A program made the translations under genes and the position numbers. Of a stretch of 64,000 nucleotides of DNA, positions 1 through 11,200 are shown one piece after another. The number at the start of each line of letters is the position of its first letter. Within the stretch, counting starts at the first letter, position 1. The stretch lies in assembly GCA_963674865.2 (NCBI GenBank), contig CAXXYE010000010.1, positions 1 to 64,000 of the forward strand. Reading direction: 5' to 3'. The stretch comes from Candidatus Hydrogenedentota bacterium. GTDB lineage: Bacteria > Hydrogenedentota > Hydrogenedentia > Hydrogenedentales > SLHB01. The notes under the pieces were generated by a model. It had not been told where the DNA came from. It did no database searches and worked only from the letters and a program-made list of their open reading frames with translations.

Positions 1-979
1 GGAGTTCCGGCCACGTTGCGAGCGCACACGGATCATCCACTGGCCCACGCGGCTCAAGGTGCCCATGTGGACCTCCCTCGAATGGCCCCCCATCGAGTGG
101 TTCACCGGTGCGGTAGACATTGCCCATGGCTATTTCCACCTGCTTCCGCCTTCGCGAAAGGCGCGGCGAATCGTGACGGTGTATGACCTCACCAATCTCC
201 GCCAGCCCGACACCCACACCGAGGCCAGCAAGCGGCTCCACGGCCGCATGCTCCGCCATGCCGCCTGCCGTGCCGACGCCTTCATCGCCATCTCGGCAAG
301 CAGCAAGGCGGACGTCGTCGAACTGCTGGACGTGGCGCCGGAGCGGGTGCACATTGTCTATGGCGGCGTGTGCATGGAGGAGTTCGGCGGCGAGTTGGAT
401 GAAGAGGCCCTGGCCGGGCTTAGGCAGCGCCTAGGTATCCGGGGCGACTACTTCATCCACCTGGGCACCGTGGAGCCACGCAAGAATCTCCCTCGGCTGC
501 TGAATGCCTATGCCCGTGCGCGGGAACGCTTTGCCGACTGTCCCCAACTCGTGCTCGCGGGCGCACGCGGCTGGAAGTCCGAGCCCGTCTTCGAGGCCCT
601 TGAATCGCTGAAACTCGGCGACGCCGTCATCCTTTCGGATTACCTGCCGCGTCCCGATGCCGTGCTGCTCCTGCGCGGCGCCCGGGCTTGCCTCTATCCC
701 TCGTTGTACGAAGGGTTTGGGCTCCCTGTGCTCGAAGCTATGGCCGCCCGCACCCCCGTGCTCACGTCAAACGTGTCCTCCCTGCCTGAGGTCATCGGAG
801 ACACCGGTATCCAGGTCGATCCCACCACCGTCGACGCTATCGAGGCAGGCATCGCCGAGCTGCTCGAAAGCCCTGATGCCGCCGCGCGGCGTCTTGACGC
901 GGCCTATGCCCGCGCTGGGCGGTTCACCTGGGCCAAGAGCGCGGCGGACCTCGCCGAAGTCTACCGAGGACTCTGCTGA
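1..979 (+). CDS. Glycosyltransferase family 4 (5'-truncated by the window edge)
   Basis: GTVEPRKN, PSLYEGFGLPVLEAMA and SSLPEV motifs; the frame is open from base 2. Confidence 0.92.
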   Translation, partial: EFRPRCERTRIIHWPTRLKVPMWTSLEWPPIEWFTGAVDIAHGYFHLLPPSRKARRIVTVYDLTNLRQPDTHTEASKRLHGRMLRHAACRADAFIAISASSKADVVELLDVAPERVHIVYGGVCMEEFGGELDEEALAGLRQRLGIRGDYFIHLGTVEPRKNLPRLLNAYARARERFADCPQLVLAGARGWKSEPVFEALESLKLGDAVILSDYLPRPDAVLLLRGARACLYPSLYEGFGLPVLEAMAARTPVLTSNVSSLPEVIGDTGIQVDPTTVDAIEAGIAELLESPDAAARRLDAAYARAGRFTWAKSAADLAEVYRGLC

Positions 980-2481
980 TGGCAGCGGCGGTTTCACCAG
1001 CTAACGGACCTGATATGAGCGCCTCCATTCGTATCGGCACGAATCTGGTTGCACTCGTCGCCTCGCGCTTCGCCTCGCTGGCGTTGGCGCTCGTTCAAAC
1101 CGGCATGATCATGCGGGCGCTCGACGTGGCCGGCCGGGGGCAATTCGGATTTGCCCAGGTTTTTGCCGGCTTTTTCACAGTGGTCGCCACGCTAGGGATA
1201 CAGCGCCTGCTCGTACGCGACATCTCGCGCGATCCCTCCACCGCCTGGACCTGCGTGTGGACGGCCGAGGCCGTTGTCGCCGTGCTGTCATGCGCGTCGC
1301 TTATCGTTATGACAACGATCATCTTCTTCGCGGATGACAATCCCCAGGCCCGCTCCGCCGTGATCTTCGCGGGACTGTGGGTGGTGGCCTTGTGGGCCTT
1401 GCAGCGTCCTTTCGAAGCCCTCATGATCGCAAAGGAACGCATGGCCCGTGTGGCGGTTGTTAACATTACGGCCTCAGTGCTTCGGCTCCTCTCCGTCTAC
1501 TTCGTTTTGCGGTTTCGCGCTACCAGCGGCGCGGCCCACGCGGCCATTGCCCTCGGCAATGCCGGCTCTTTCGTGCTGTGCATGGCGCTGGCCATTTCCG
1601 TGACTGGCTGGGAGCGCCCGCGCGTTCGCCTTTCCCTCGCCGTGGCACAGGTTAGGGAATGCCTTCCCTTCGTGTGCGCCATGGTTTTCTCCCTCATCTA
1701 CTTCAAGTCCGACATGGCCCTCCTGAAATTCATCTCCGGCGATGTGGCGGCGGGCATCTTCACGCCCGTCCGCCAACTCATGGAACCTCTGCTTATGGTG
1801 GCGGCCCTGTCGGGCACCGCGGTATTCCCCGCTTTGTGCCGGTTTTCCGTCGATTCCGAGGAGAACTACACCAAACTCAAGCGCACCTCGGCGCGATTGG
1901 CCCTTATTGCCGCTTTTCCCATGGCATTCGGCCTTGCCTTTCTGGCCCGGCCCGTAATCGTCCTCTTGGTTAGCGGCGACGCCGAGGGCATCCCGGAGTC
2001 CACCCAGGCCCTCCGCGTTATGTGCGGCGTGATCCCCTTCTTCTACCTCAACAGCCTCGGCCAAGAGTACCTCTACGCCGCCCACAAGAACTGGCACGTC
2101 GTCCGGGCCTACGGACTCGCCGCACTGGTGAGCGTTATCGCCAATGCCCTTGTGATTTGGCGGTACGGCGAGGCCGGAGTCGCCGGCGTCGCGGGTGTGG
2201 CGGTGGCCGTCAACCTTCTGATTAGCGTCTTGTTCATTTGGGAGATGCGCGAGGAATACGGCGCCATGGCCCTCGGCTCGCTGCTCGTCAAGACGATGGC
2301 GGCGTGCGTGGTGATGGGGCTCGCGGCCTACTGGATGGTTGCATACAACCTGGCGGGCGCTGTCCTTGTCGGTGTACTCGTCTATGTTGCCGCCACCTGG
2401 GCCTTCGGCACGCTGACGCGCGCCGAGCGCGCCATCCTCGCTCGGATGCTGAAGGCTATCGCCCCCTTCTCTGGGAGGTGA
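979..2481 (+). CDS. Polysaccharide flippase (Wzx/MATE-like)
   Basis: About 14 hydrophobic segments and LIYFKSDMALL; start overlaps the GT4 stop; the start may instead be 1015. Confidence 0.85.
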   Translation: MAAAVSPANGPDMSASIRIGTNLVALVASRFASLALALVQTGMIMRALDVAGRGQFGFAQVFAGFFTVVATLGIQRLLVRDISRDPSTAWTCVWTAEAVVAVLSCASLIVMTTIIFFADDNPQARSAVIFAGLWVVALWALQRPFEALMIAKERMARVAVVNITASVLRLLSVYFVLRFRATSGAAHAAIALGNAGSFVLCMALAISVTGWERPRVRLSLAVAQVRECLPFVCAMVFSLIYFKSDMALLKFISGDVAAGIFTPVRQLMEPLLMVAALSGTAVFPALCRFSVDSEENYTKLKRTSARLALIAAFPMAFGLAFLARPVIVLLVSGDAEGIPESTQALRVMCGVIPFFYLNSLGQEYLYAAHKNWHVVRAYGLAALVSVIANALVIWRYGEAGVAGVAGVAVAVNLLISVLFIWEMREEYGAMALGSLLVKTMAACVVMGLAAYWMVAYNLAGAVLVGVLVYVAATWAFGTLTRAERAILARMLKAIAPFSGR

Positions 2482-2487
2482 GGCGCG

Positions 2488-5259
2488 TCACTCCAAGCCG
2501 CTCTTGAAGCGGAATGCGACGAAGGCGCACCGGCCTGGCGCCAGACTCACGTGCGATTCGCCGCTGAATGTCTCGAGCGCTTCGCCCGGCGCCATCCCCT
2601 TGCGGCCAAGTCCGGCATGGCACCAGAAGGGCTTCCCGCGCATGTCGAACGCGCTGCCCAACGTCCCGAGAGCGGCCACCCCTTCCGCGGTCAATCCCGT
2701 TGATGCCTCGACTGCCGACATGAACGCCACCAGGCGCCCTTCGGGGATCCCGCCAATGTAGCGAACCATCTTCGTCCAGGCATCCGGATCCTCATTCGGA
2801 TCGAAATGTTCGCTCTTGAGCACGCGCTTCGCATTGTCCGACAACTCGAGGATGTTATAGCCGGCCTTGTTCTTGTACTTCTGCTGGCCCTGGATGGCGA
2901 GCGAACCGAAGGTAAGCCGCCTTCCCGTGGCGCCCGAGGAGAGGACGAGCCGGGGCGATACCCGGGCCCCGCCCGGCCCCCAAGTGTATTCGCCGTGCTC
3001 GTACGGCCAGCTAAAGGCGATCTCATTCATGCCGGCCCGGATCTGATCCGCCGAAGTCCCGATCTCGACGGTGTTTGTCCTGGTAGGCACATCAATGGTG
3101 CCTATCTCGCGTTCGTTGATGGATACGGCCATTCGCGTGCCCTTGCACGACGGCGGCAGAAAGGTGTCGAACTCGACTCGCACCGGCTGGGGCACGTCGA
3201 CTCTGAACAGAACCGTCGCCTTCGGCGACGTGGGCCAAATAGCCTTGCGCTGGCCCTGAAACTCGCTGATCCGCAGGTGTTGGCCCCAGCCGTGGCCCAG
3301 GTACACGCTCCACTCCCCGACGCCCACCGTGACTCGCTCGGGACACAGCCCCGAGACCTCCGGTACGTCGAGCCGGTACACGTCCACGTCCTCGTCCTGC
3401 GCCACGAGTCTATAAGGGACTACGCCGTCAAAGAGCTTCCGCTTGAATGCTTCCTCCTCGCCGTTGATGACGAAATACCGGATGTCTAGGAAGCTGATCA
3501 CATTGCGCGACATCAACGCGGAACCGAGCTTATCCAAGTGGAGCTGGACGATGGCTTCCGTCGTCCCTTGCGTGGCGAACTGGCAAAGAAGGGGGGTGGA
3601 ATGGATGTAGCCGAAGCACTCCGGCGGGATGCGCCCCACGTGTCCCGTGATGATGGGCCTATGGTGGCGAACCTGATGGACAATCGGTTCGCGCCCGTTC
3701 ACGACGCCATCCAACACGACGCCGGATTCACGGTCCTGTCGGACCACGTCAAAGGCTGCCCATGCGGGTTTGAAGGTTGGAACCGGGGACACGGCGTACT
3801 CTGCAAGGCAAAGAACCAGCACGACAGCCACGACCGGTATCCACACCCGCTTGCGCAGCCGCTCTTGTAGCAGCGCATCGAGGCCGATACCGGCCACGAG
3901 CGCGAAGGCGAGCGTCGTCACCTCCTGCATGCGATCCGGCGCTCGGGCATTGCCCAGGAGCGGAAGATGTCGCAGAAGGGCGAAGGGCAGTCTGATGGGC
4001 GATGGCGTCTCCCCGCCCGGATTGACGAGCACCTGCTTGCCGAACAACTTAAGGGTGGGGCCCAAAGAGAGCACGAAGAAGATCACCGCAAGTGCCTTCA
4101 AGAACCATGCCCGGCGGTCGCCGCTCCGCGCCGGCAGCCCCACCGCGAACAGGAGCATTGCCAATGCGCCCAGAAAGACGATGCCTTCCTGTTTGCAGGG
4201 GTACCATGGCCCGCCCCCGCGCAGAGCGTCCCACAGGATCGACCCCTTCGGCGCCGTCACGAAGCCGATGAGATCGGCAGCGTACTTCTGGTGGCCTTCC
4301 GCCACATAGAAGTCTCCCGCCTCGTGGGCGCGTGCTATTTCGACCAAGGCCGGCAGACAGAGCACCGTAGCGATGAGCGTCGCGAGTCCGAGGCCGGCCA
4401 ATATGTGCAGGGAACGTGTCCCGGCGCGCAAGGGCCTGAGGAAGAACGCAAGAAAAGTCAGCGACACGAGGGTGGTGTAGAGGGCGCTCGTTGGATCGGT
4501 GAAAAAGGCCAAGGCCGCCGTTACGCCGCACAACACCCCTGGCCACCATTGTATTCGCTCCGATCTGACCAGTGCCATCAAGCCCAGAATGTAAAGCGCG
4601 AAAAGGTCGCCCTGCATGAAGCACAGGTGTTGGGTGAGGCGATGTAGACGGAACGGAGAAAAGGCAAACAGAAATGCGGCAACCCAGGCGCCCCCGGATC
4701 TGAGTCCCATGTAGCGAGCCAGCCAGTAGCAGGCGACGCCGCAAGCCACGAACGAGAACAGGCAGACGGCGTTGTAGGCGGGAACGAAGCCCAGCAGCAA
4801 CGCGACGGGCCAGCCGAGGATAGCATAGAAGAGGACCGTTGTGTGGTAGGCCAGCGGCGTTCCCAATGGGTAGAACATGGCTTGGGTGTTGCCGAAAGGA
4901 TTCGGAAACCACTCCCGCCAATGCTGTTGAAACCACCAGAAACTCCACAGGTATACCGGCGCATCCGTCTTGTAGGCCGGCCCCGGAAGCTCGGAAAAGA
5001 ACCGCGGCGTCATGGGCCACGTCATCACCACCGTCGCGACGATCAGCGCTGGCAGGAGAAGAAGCGTCTCCCTCAGCCACGTGCGCGGGAATCCGCCGTC
5101 TTCGCGTGGAGTGTCAACCGCCACGTGCGAAGCCCCCACGTGCACCGAAACACAATACTGTCGGCGCGATAGACATTGAGACTCCCCTCCATACCGTATG
5201 CGTCGGATCCCCATGCCGCGTGAGGCCGCGGCGTAGCCGGCCAACGTGGCGGCCGTCAA
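2488..5259 (-). CDS. Polytopic membrane protein, YfhO/GT-C-like, with a C-terminal ILEI/PANDER (GG-type lectin-like) domain
   Basis: MFYPLG, FAFSPFR, LSLGP and ARAPDR motifs typical of GT-C-like membrane proteins; C-terminal GYNILEL..FD..MVRYIGGIPEGRLV..GRKG resembles ILEI; start uncertain. Confidence 0.7.
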   Translation of the reverse strand: MTAATLAGYAAASRGMGIRRIRYGGESQCLSRRQYCVSVHVGASHVAVDTPREDGGFPRTWLRETLLLLPALIVATVVMTWPMTPRFFSELPGPAYKTDAPVYLWSFWWFQQHWREWFPNPFGNTQAMFYPLGTPLAYHTTVLFYAILGWPVALLLGFVPAYNAVCLFSFVACGVACYWLARYMGLRSGGAWVAAFLFAFSPFRLHRLTQHLCFMQGDLFALYILGLMALVRSERIQWWPGVLCGVTAALAFFTDPTSALYTTLVSLTFLAFFLRPLRAGTRSLHILAGLGLATLIATVLCLPALVEIARAHEAGDFYVAEGHQKYAADLIGFVTAPKGSILWDALRGGGPWYPCKQEGIVFLGALAMLLFAVGLPARSGDRRAWFLKALAVIFFVLSLGPTLKLFGKQVLVNPGGETPSPIRLPFALLRHLPLLGNARAPDRMQEVTTLAFALVAGIGLDALLQERLRKRVWIPVVAVVLVLCLAEYAVSPVPTFKPAWAAFDVVRQDRESGVVLDGVVNGREPIVHQVRHHRPIITGHVGRIPPECFGYIHSTPLLCQFATQGTTEAIVQLHLDKLGSALMSRNVISFLDIRYFVINGEEEAFKRKLFDGVVPYRLVAQDEDVDVYRLDVPEVSGLCPERVTVGVGEWSVYLGHGWGQHLRISEFQGQRKAIWPTSPKATVLFRVDVPQPVRVEFDTFLPPSCKGTRMAVSINEREIGTIDVPTRTNTVEIGTSADQIRAGMNEIAFSWPYEHGEYTWGPGGARVSPRLVLSSGATGRRLTFGSLAIQGQQKYKNKAGYNILELSDNAKRVLKSEHFDPNEDPDAWTKMVRYIGGIPEGRLVAFMSAVEASTGLTAEGVAALGTLGSAFDMRGKPFWCHAGLGRKGMAPGEALETFSGESHVSLAPGRCAFVAFRFKSGLE

Positions 5260-5286
5260 TCACCTGACGCTGTGAATGTGCCCATG

Positions 5287-5295
5287 AATATAACA
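5287..5295 (-). promoter_or_regulatory. Putative extended -10 promoter (TGtTATATT) for the GT-C-like gene
   Basis: Motif on the minus strand about 30 bp upstream of the ORF. Confidence 0.35.
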
Positions 5296-5336
5296 CAGAT
5301 GGGTGTCGGCAGGACTTCCAATGGCTGCGGGAGATT

Positions 5337-5356
5337 GTAGCGCAGGCATCCTGCCT
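5337..5356 (+). repeat. REP-like palindrome (GTAG + short hairpin)
   Basis: GTAGCGCAGGCATCCTGCCT: GTAG tetramer followed by an AGGCA/TGCCT stem, intergenic. Confidence 0.45.
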
Positions 5357-5469
5357 ACTTCCGGCGCGCGTGCTTGGGACGCAGGACCTCGCTGACGTGC
5401 GGATTCTGGCGGACGACCATGTCTTGCCGTGCTTGAGGCAGATGCGTATCATAGCCTCGCCGAGACACC

Positions 5470-7425
5470 ATGTCGCCAGTAGTGAAAGGCGTTTTCACCA
5501 TGTCCGAATCATCCCGCCCCAATGCTCCGATACACATTATCGCGATGGAGGTTGAGCCGACCATCTTGTTTGCCGCGCAGGAGCTGGCCAAATACCTAGG
5601 TAGCATTTCCGCGCGCAAAATCATCCTTGGCCGGGCAAAGAACGCGCTGAACCAGGCAGGCCTCCGCCTCGGAATCACTGCCGAGTTCCCCGGTGTCTCC
5701 GCTCCCGAGGTCCCCGACATCGCAGTCGACGACGCCATTGTGATCGATACTGCGGGCGACGCCGGCGTCATTGCCGGCGTCAATCCGCGAAGCGTCCTGC
5801 TCGCGGTGTACCGCTACCTGACGGAGTTGGGATGCCGGTGGGTGCGTCCGGGCGCAGATGGCGAACAACTGCCCTCGCTCCACAGCCTGCCTTCCATCAA
5901 GCTCGCCGAGACGCCCTCGTACCGGCACCGCGCCGTCTGCATCGAAGGCGCCGTGAGTTACGAGCACGTGCGCGATATGGTCGATTGGATTCCAAAACTC
6001 GGATTCAACGGATATTTCATCCAATTCCGCGAGGCGCACACCTTCTTCGACCGCTGGTACGCCCATACCGGAAATCCTATCGTGAAGGGCGCGCCGCTGG
6101 ACGTCGAGCAAGCGCGCACCTACACGCGCGGCATCGAAAAGGAGCTTGCGAAGCGTGGGCTGCTGTACCACAAGGTCGGCCATGGCTGGACATGCGAGCC
6201 TTTCGGCATCAGCGGCCTGGGCTGGGAGCAAGAGGTCAGCGAACCCGCCCCTGAGATCGCGCGGTACCTGGCTGAGGTCAACGGCGGACGCAAGCTCTGG
6301 CGCGGCGTTGCCCTCAACACTAACCTCTGTTACTCGAACTCCCACGTCCGCCGCACCATGGCGGAGGCCATCGTGGCCTACGCCCGCGAACACCCGGAAA
6401 TCAACTATGTGCATGTTTGGCTCGCCGACGGGTCGAACAACAACTGCGAATGCGCCGAATGCCAGAAGGCCCGCCCCGCGGATTATTACGTCGCCATGCT
6501 CAACAAGGTGGATGAGCTCCTGGCTCAAGAGGGGCTTGCCACGCGGATTGTCTTCCTCGTCTACGTCGATCTGCTGTGGCCGCCGGAGAAGGAGCGTTTT
6601 CGCAATCCCGGCCGCTTCGTGCTCATGTTCGCGCCTATCGGCCGAACCTACTCGGAGAGCTTCGCCGTAGAGGGCGCGCTGCCCGCACTCCCGCCGTATG
6701 AGCGCAACAAGCTCACCTTCCCCAAAGGGGTGGCCGCCAACGTGGCTTTCCTTCGCGCATGGCAGGACCTCTTCGACGGCGACAGCTTCGATTTCGACTA
6801 CCACCTGATGTGGGAGCACGTCAACGACCCCGGACATATGCAGATCTCGCGGACTATTGCCCAGGATATGAAGAATCTGGCCAAGATCGGGCTCAACGGT
6901 TTCGTGAGCTGCCAGATCAACCGCATGTTCTTCCCCACGGCCCTCGCCATGACGGCTATGGGCGGAACACTGTGGGATACCGGCCTCTCCTTCGACGACC
7001 TCACCCGCGACTACTTCGCGGCCGCCTTCGGCCCCGACGCGGAATCCTGCCGGGATTATCTTGTCGCCCTTTCCGACCTCTTCGACCCGCCTTACATGCG
7101 AGGCGAGCGAGAGGATGCCGCAGACGAGGCCGCGGCCAAACTCGCACGTGTGGCGGGCGTCATCCGTGGCTTCATGCCGACGATTGAACACAATATGGCA
7201 TCTGAGAACTTGTGTCACGCCACGTCGTGGCAGTACCTCAAACACCACGCGGAGCTCACCGAGCGGCTCGCACAGGCCGTCATGGCCAAGGCGAGCGGCG
7301 ACAAGGAGCGCGCCGCGGCCCTATGGCAAGAGGTTAAGGTGATGGCCTGGGAGAAGGAGCCCGAACTGCACCGCGTCTTCGATCCGTGGCTGTTTGCACG
7401 GCGTCTCGAACGGAACTTCGCGTAG
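5470..7425 (+). CDS. DUF4838 family protein (glycoside-hydrolase-like, GH67/GH20-type N-terminal domain)
   Basis: FAAQELAKYL, GVNPRSVLLAVYRYL..LGCRW, NLCYSN and WLADGSNNNCECAEC. Confidence 0.75.
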   Translation: MSPVVKGVFTMSESSRPNAPIHIIAMEVEPTILFAAQELAKYLGSISARKIILGRAKNALNQAGLRLGITAEFPGVSAPEVPDIAVDDAIVIDTAGDAGVIAGVNPRSVLLAVYRYLTELGCRWVRPGADGEQLPSLHSLPSIKLAETPSYRHRAVCIEGAVSYEHVRDMVDWIPKLGFNGYFIQFREAHTFFDRWYAHTGNPIVKGAPLDVEQARTYTRGIEKELAKRGLLYHKVGHGWTCEPFGISGLGWEQEVSEPAPEIARYLAEVNGGRKLWRGVALNTNLCYSNSHVRRTMAEAIVAYAREHPEINYVHVWLADGSNNNCECAECQKARPADYYVAMLNKVDELLAQEGLATRIVFLVYVDLLWPPEKERFRNPGRFVLMFAPIGRTYSESFAVEGALPALPPYERNKLTFPKGVAANVAFLRAWQDLFDGDSFDFDYHLMWEHVNDPGHMQISRTIAQDMKNLAKIGLNGFVSCQINRMFFPTALAMTAMGGTLWDTGLSFDDLTRDYFAAAFGPDAESCRDYLVALSDLFDPPYMRGEREDAADEAAAKLARVAGVIRGFMPTIEHNMASENLCHATSWQYLKHHAELTERLAQAVMAKASGDKERAAALWQEVKVMAWEKEPELHRVFDPWLFARRLERNFA

Positions 7426-7454
7426 CCATACGCCCCGGCAAGAAAGGAATAGCC

Positions 7455-8222
7455 ATGTCGAGCAAGGAAAACCTGGATGCTGCGCTCTCCCATGCCGACC
7501 TTCTCGAACTCAAGCGGTGGAATACGCCCACGATCTATAACGGCTGGGAACAGATCACGAAGCATGATTCCGCTTCGCACGGCTTCAATATTGAGGAAAC
7601 TCGGGATTTTATGCCGCAGATGGGGCCGATGGTCGGCTACGCCGTCACCGTTGTCTGCGAGCCCAGTAACGCTGCTCACAAGAAGGCGGCCGACGCCTGG
7701 GACGCCTACCGCCGGTACATCGCTGAACAACCGGGCCCGAAGATCGTTGTCCTAGAAGATCTCGACAAGCCCCGCGTCATCGGATCCTTCTGGGGCGAAG
7801 TGAACAGCAATATACACCGGGCCCTTGGGTGTGTCGGCACCATTACGGACGGCGCGGTACGCGACGTCGACGAGATGACGAACGCCGGTTTCAAGGCGCT
7901 GGCTCGCCGCCTGTGCGTCGGCCACGCCCACGCGTGGCCCGTTCGATGGGCCTGCGAGGTGGAAGTGTTCGGGAGAAGGGTGTTGCCCGGCGATCTTATT
8001 CACGCGGATAAGCACGGCTTCCTTGTCGTGCCCAAAGAGGATCAGCCCCGCCTCTTGGAGGCCGCCCGGTTTATGGACTCCAACGAATGCCGTAATGTCA
8101 TCCGCGCGGGCAGGGAGGGCGCTGGGAAGACGTCTGACGAGATCCTGTCGGATATGAACCGCGCTACCAAGGCCTTCTCTGCGGCGGCCCGCAAAAAGTT
8201 CGGCGCCAACGGCGAGTGGTGA
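7455..8222 (+). CDS. RraA family protein (HMG aldolase-like)
   Basis: MVGYAVT, FWGEVN, TDGAVRDVDE and GDLIHADKHG; RBS AAGGA before ATG 7455. Confidence 0.85.
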   Translation: MSSKENLDAALSHADLLELKRWNTPTIYNGWEQITKHDSASHGFNIEETRDFMPQMGPMVGYAVTVVCEPSNAAHKKAADAWDAYRRYIAEQPGPKIVVLEDLDKPRVIGSFWGEVNSNIHRALGCVGTITDGAVRDVDEMTNAGFKALARRLCVGHAHAWPVRWACEVEVFGRRVLPGDLIHADKHGFLVVPKEDQPRLLEAARFMDSNECRNVIRAGREGAGKTSDEILSDMNRATKAFSAAARKKFGANGEW

Positions 8223-8250
8223 AACGGCCCGGCTTCCGTGCGGCCGTTTC
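8221..8250. terminator. Hairpin between convergent genes, probable bidirectional terminator
   Basis: GAAACGGCC...GGCCGTTTC perfect 9-bp stem spanning the gap between the two stop codons. Confidence 0.6.
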
Positions 8251-11200
8251 CTAACGGCCGGCAGTAAGGCTGGCGTGATACTCCTGGAGCGAACGCACGC
8301 TCGGAACACCGTCGCGCATGGCCCTAAAACCTGCCACGGCCGCTTTGGCCCCCGCGATCGTGGTGATGATCGGCAGGCCGTGCTCGATGGCCGTCCGCCG
8401 GATCGCCCGCTCATCGTAACGCGACTCGCCCCCCAGCGGCGTATTGATGATCCAGTCGATCTGCCCATTGATCATCATGTCCACGATGTGAGGCCTGCCT
8501 TCGCCTACCTTGAAGACTTCCTCAACCGGCAGCCCCTGTTCCCGGATAAAGGCCGCTGTGCCCTTCGTCGCGACGACGTTGAAGCCCAACTCGATCAGAT
8601 CGCGGGCCAGCGTGCCCATGTTCTTCTTCTCGCGGTCGCTCAGGCTCAGGAACACCGTGCCTTCCGTCGGGATCGGATTCCCCGCGCCTACCTGGCTCTT
8701 GGCGAAGGCCATGCCCATGCTGCTGTTGATGCCCATAACCTCGCCCGTGCTGCGCATCTCGGGGCCAAGAACAATATCCACGCCGGGGAACTTGATGAAC
8801 GGCAAGACGACTTCCTTCGCCGACACGTACGTCGGCTCCGGGTCGCTCGTAACGCCCAGTTCCCGCAGCGTCTTGCCCGCCATGATCCGCGCCGCGACTT
8901 TCGCGAGAGGGAGGCCCGTCGCCTTGCTCACGAACGGTACCGTGCGTGATGCCCGCGGATTCACTTCCAGGATGTAGATCGTCCCGTCGAGCACCGCATA
9001 CTGCACATTCATCAGGCCCACGACGTTCAGTTCGCGTGCCAGTGCCCGCGTCTGTTCCTTGACTCGATCGATGATCGCCTGATCCAAGTCGTAAGGCGGG
9101 AGGATGCACGCGCTATCGCCCGAGTGGATCCCGGCCTGCTCGATATGCTGCATGATGCCCGCCACGATGACGTCCGTCCCGTCAGCCACGGCGTCGACGT
9201 CCAGCTCAATCGCCGCCTCCAAGAACTTGTCGATAAGAATCGGATGCTCCGGCGATGCCTCGACCGCCACGCCCATATAACGCTCGAGCGATGTGCGGTC
9301 GTAAACGATCTCCATGGCGCGGCCGCCCAGGACAAACGAAGGCCGTACAACCACGGGATAACCGATACGCTCCGCGATAGCCACGGCCTCCTCGACGGAC
9401 GTCGCCGTGTCATTTACCGGTTGCAGCAAGGACAGCTTCTCGACCACCTCGCGGAAACGCTTGCGATCTTCCGCCCGGGCGATGGAGTCCGGCGTTGTCC
9501 CGATGATGGGCGCCCCGGCTTTCTCCAGCGCCACCGCCAGATTCAGCGGCGTCTGTCCCCCAAACTGGACAATGACGCCTTTCGGCTTCTCATGCTCGAC
9601 GATATTGAGCACGTCCTCAAATGTCACCGGCTCGAAATAAAGGCGATCCGAGGTGTCGTAGTCCGTTGACACCGTCTCCGGATTGCTGTTAACCATGATG
9701 GTCTCGTAGCCGTCTTCTTTGAGGGCCATCGCGGCGTGGACGCAACAGTAGTCGAACTCGATCCCCTGGCCGATACGGTTAGGCCCGCCGCCCAGGATCA
9801 TCACCTTCTCTTTGTCCGTTGGGCGGACCTCGTCCTCGTCGCTGTAGGTCGAGTAGTAATAGGGCGTATGCGCCTCGAACTCGGCCGCGCACGTGTCGAC
9901 CAGCCGGTAAGTCGGTACGATTCCCGCCTCTTTGCGCCGCGCTCGCACATCAAGCGGATCCTTGCCCCAGATCTCCCCCAATTGGTGATCCGAGAATCCC
10001 ATCTGCTTGGCCCTGCGGAACGACGCCGCGTCGTCGGGACGCTCGCGGAGCGTCTGCTCTTCCTCAACGATCTCGCGGATATTGCGCAGAAACCACGGGT
10101 CGATCCACGTGGCCTCATGGATTTCGTCCACCGTCGCTCCCGCCCGAAAGGCCTGGGCGACCTGCATCAATCGCCCCGACGTGGGATTGCGCATCGCCCG
10201 TAGAAGGGCCGAGCGCTCCTGGGGCGAGTCCGGATGGCCCGTCAAGGGCTTGTCCTTGCCGTCGGCCCCCAGGCCGTGACGCCCGATCTCGAGGCCGCGG
10301 ATCGCTTTCTGGAGCGATTCCTTGAACGTGCGCCCAATGCTCATCGTTTCCCCGACGCTTTTCATCTGAACCGTCAGCTTATCCTCGGCGCCCGGAAACT
10401 TCTCGAAGGCCCACCGGGGCACCTTCGTGACGCAATAATCGATGGTTGGCTCGAACGAGGCGGGCGTCTCACGCGTGATATCGTTCGGGATCTCGTCGAG
10501 GCTGTATCCCACAGCCAATTTCGCGGCGATCTTTGCGATGGGGAAGCCTGTGGCCTTCGACGCCAGGGCCGAGCTGCGCGACACGCGCGGATTCATCTCG
10601 ATGACCACCAAGCGGCCTGACGACGGTTCCACCGCAAACTGAATGTTCGACCCGCCCGTATCCACGCCGATCTCGCGGATTACGGCAATCGCCGCGTCCC
10701 GCATCACCTGATACTCTCTGTCCGTCAGTGTTTGGGCCGGCGCCACGGTGATGCTGTCGCCCGTGTGGACCCCCATGGGATCGAAGTTCTCAATCGAGCA
10801 AATGATGACCACGTTATCGCGCAGATCACGCATCACCTCAAGCTCGTATTCTTTCCAACCAAGTACCGACTCCTCGACCAGCACCTCCGTTACCGGACTG
10901 AGGTCTAGCCCCCACTGAAGCACCTTCTCGTACTCTTCCCGGTTGAAAGACACGCCGGCGCCCGTGCCGCCGAGGGTGAAGGCCGGACGGATGATGGCGT
11001 TGTAGGCAAGCTGGGCGCCGAAGTCCATGGCCTCGTCAACCGAGTGCACCACGAGGCTGCGTGGAACTTCGAGGTTGATGCGCAGCATGGCATCCCGGAA
11101 TAGGCCCCGATCCTCCGCCTTGCGGATAGCGTCAAGCTTCGCGCCGATCAGTTCACACCCGTATTTCTCCAGAATTCCGGATTCCGCGAGTCCTACGGCC

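Noticed and set aside
5596..7248. 550-aa antisense ORF (also 18369-19505, 19010-20380, 40680-41888, 4049-5080 and similar)
   Set aside because: Shadow ORFs overlapping well-supported genes; expected from high-GC codon bias and without recognisable motifs
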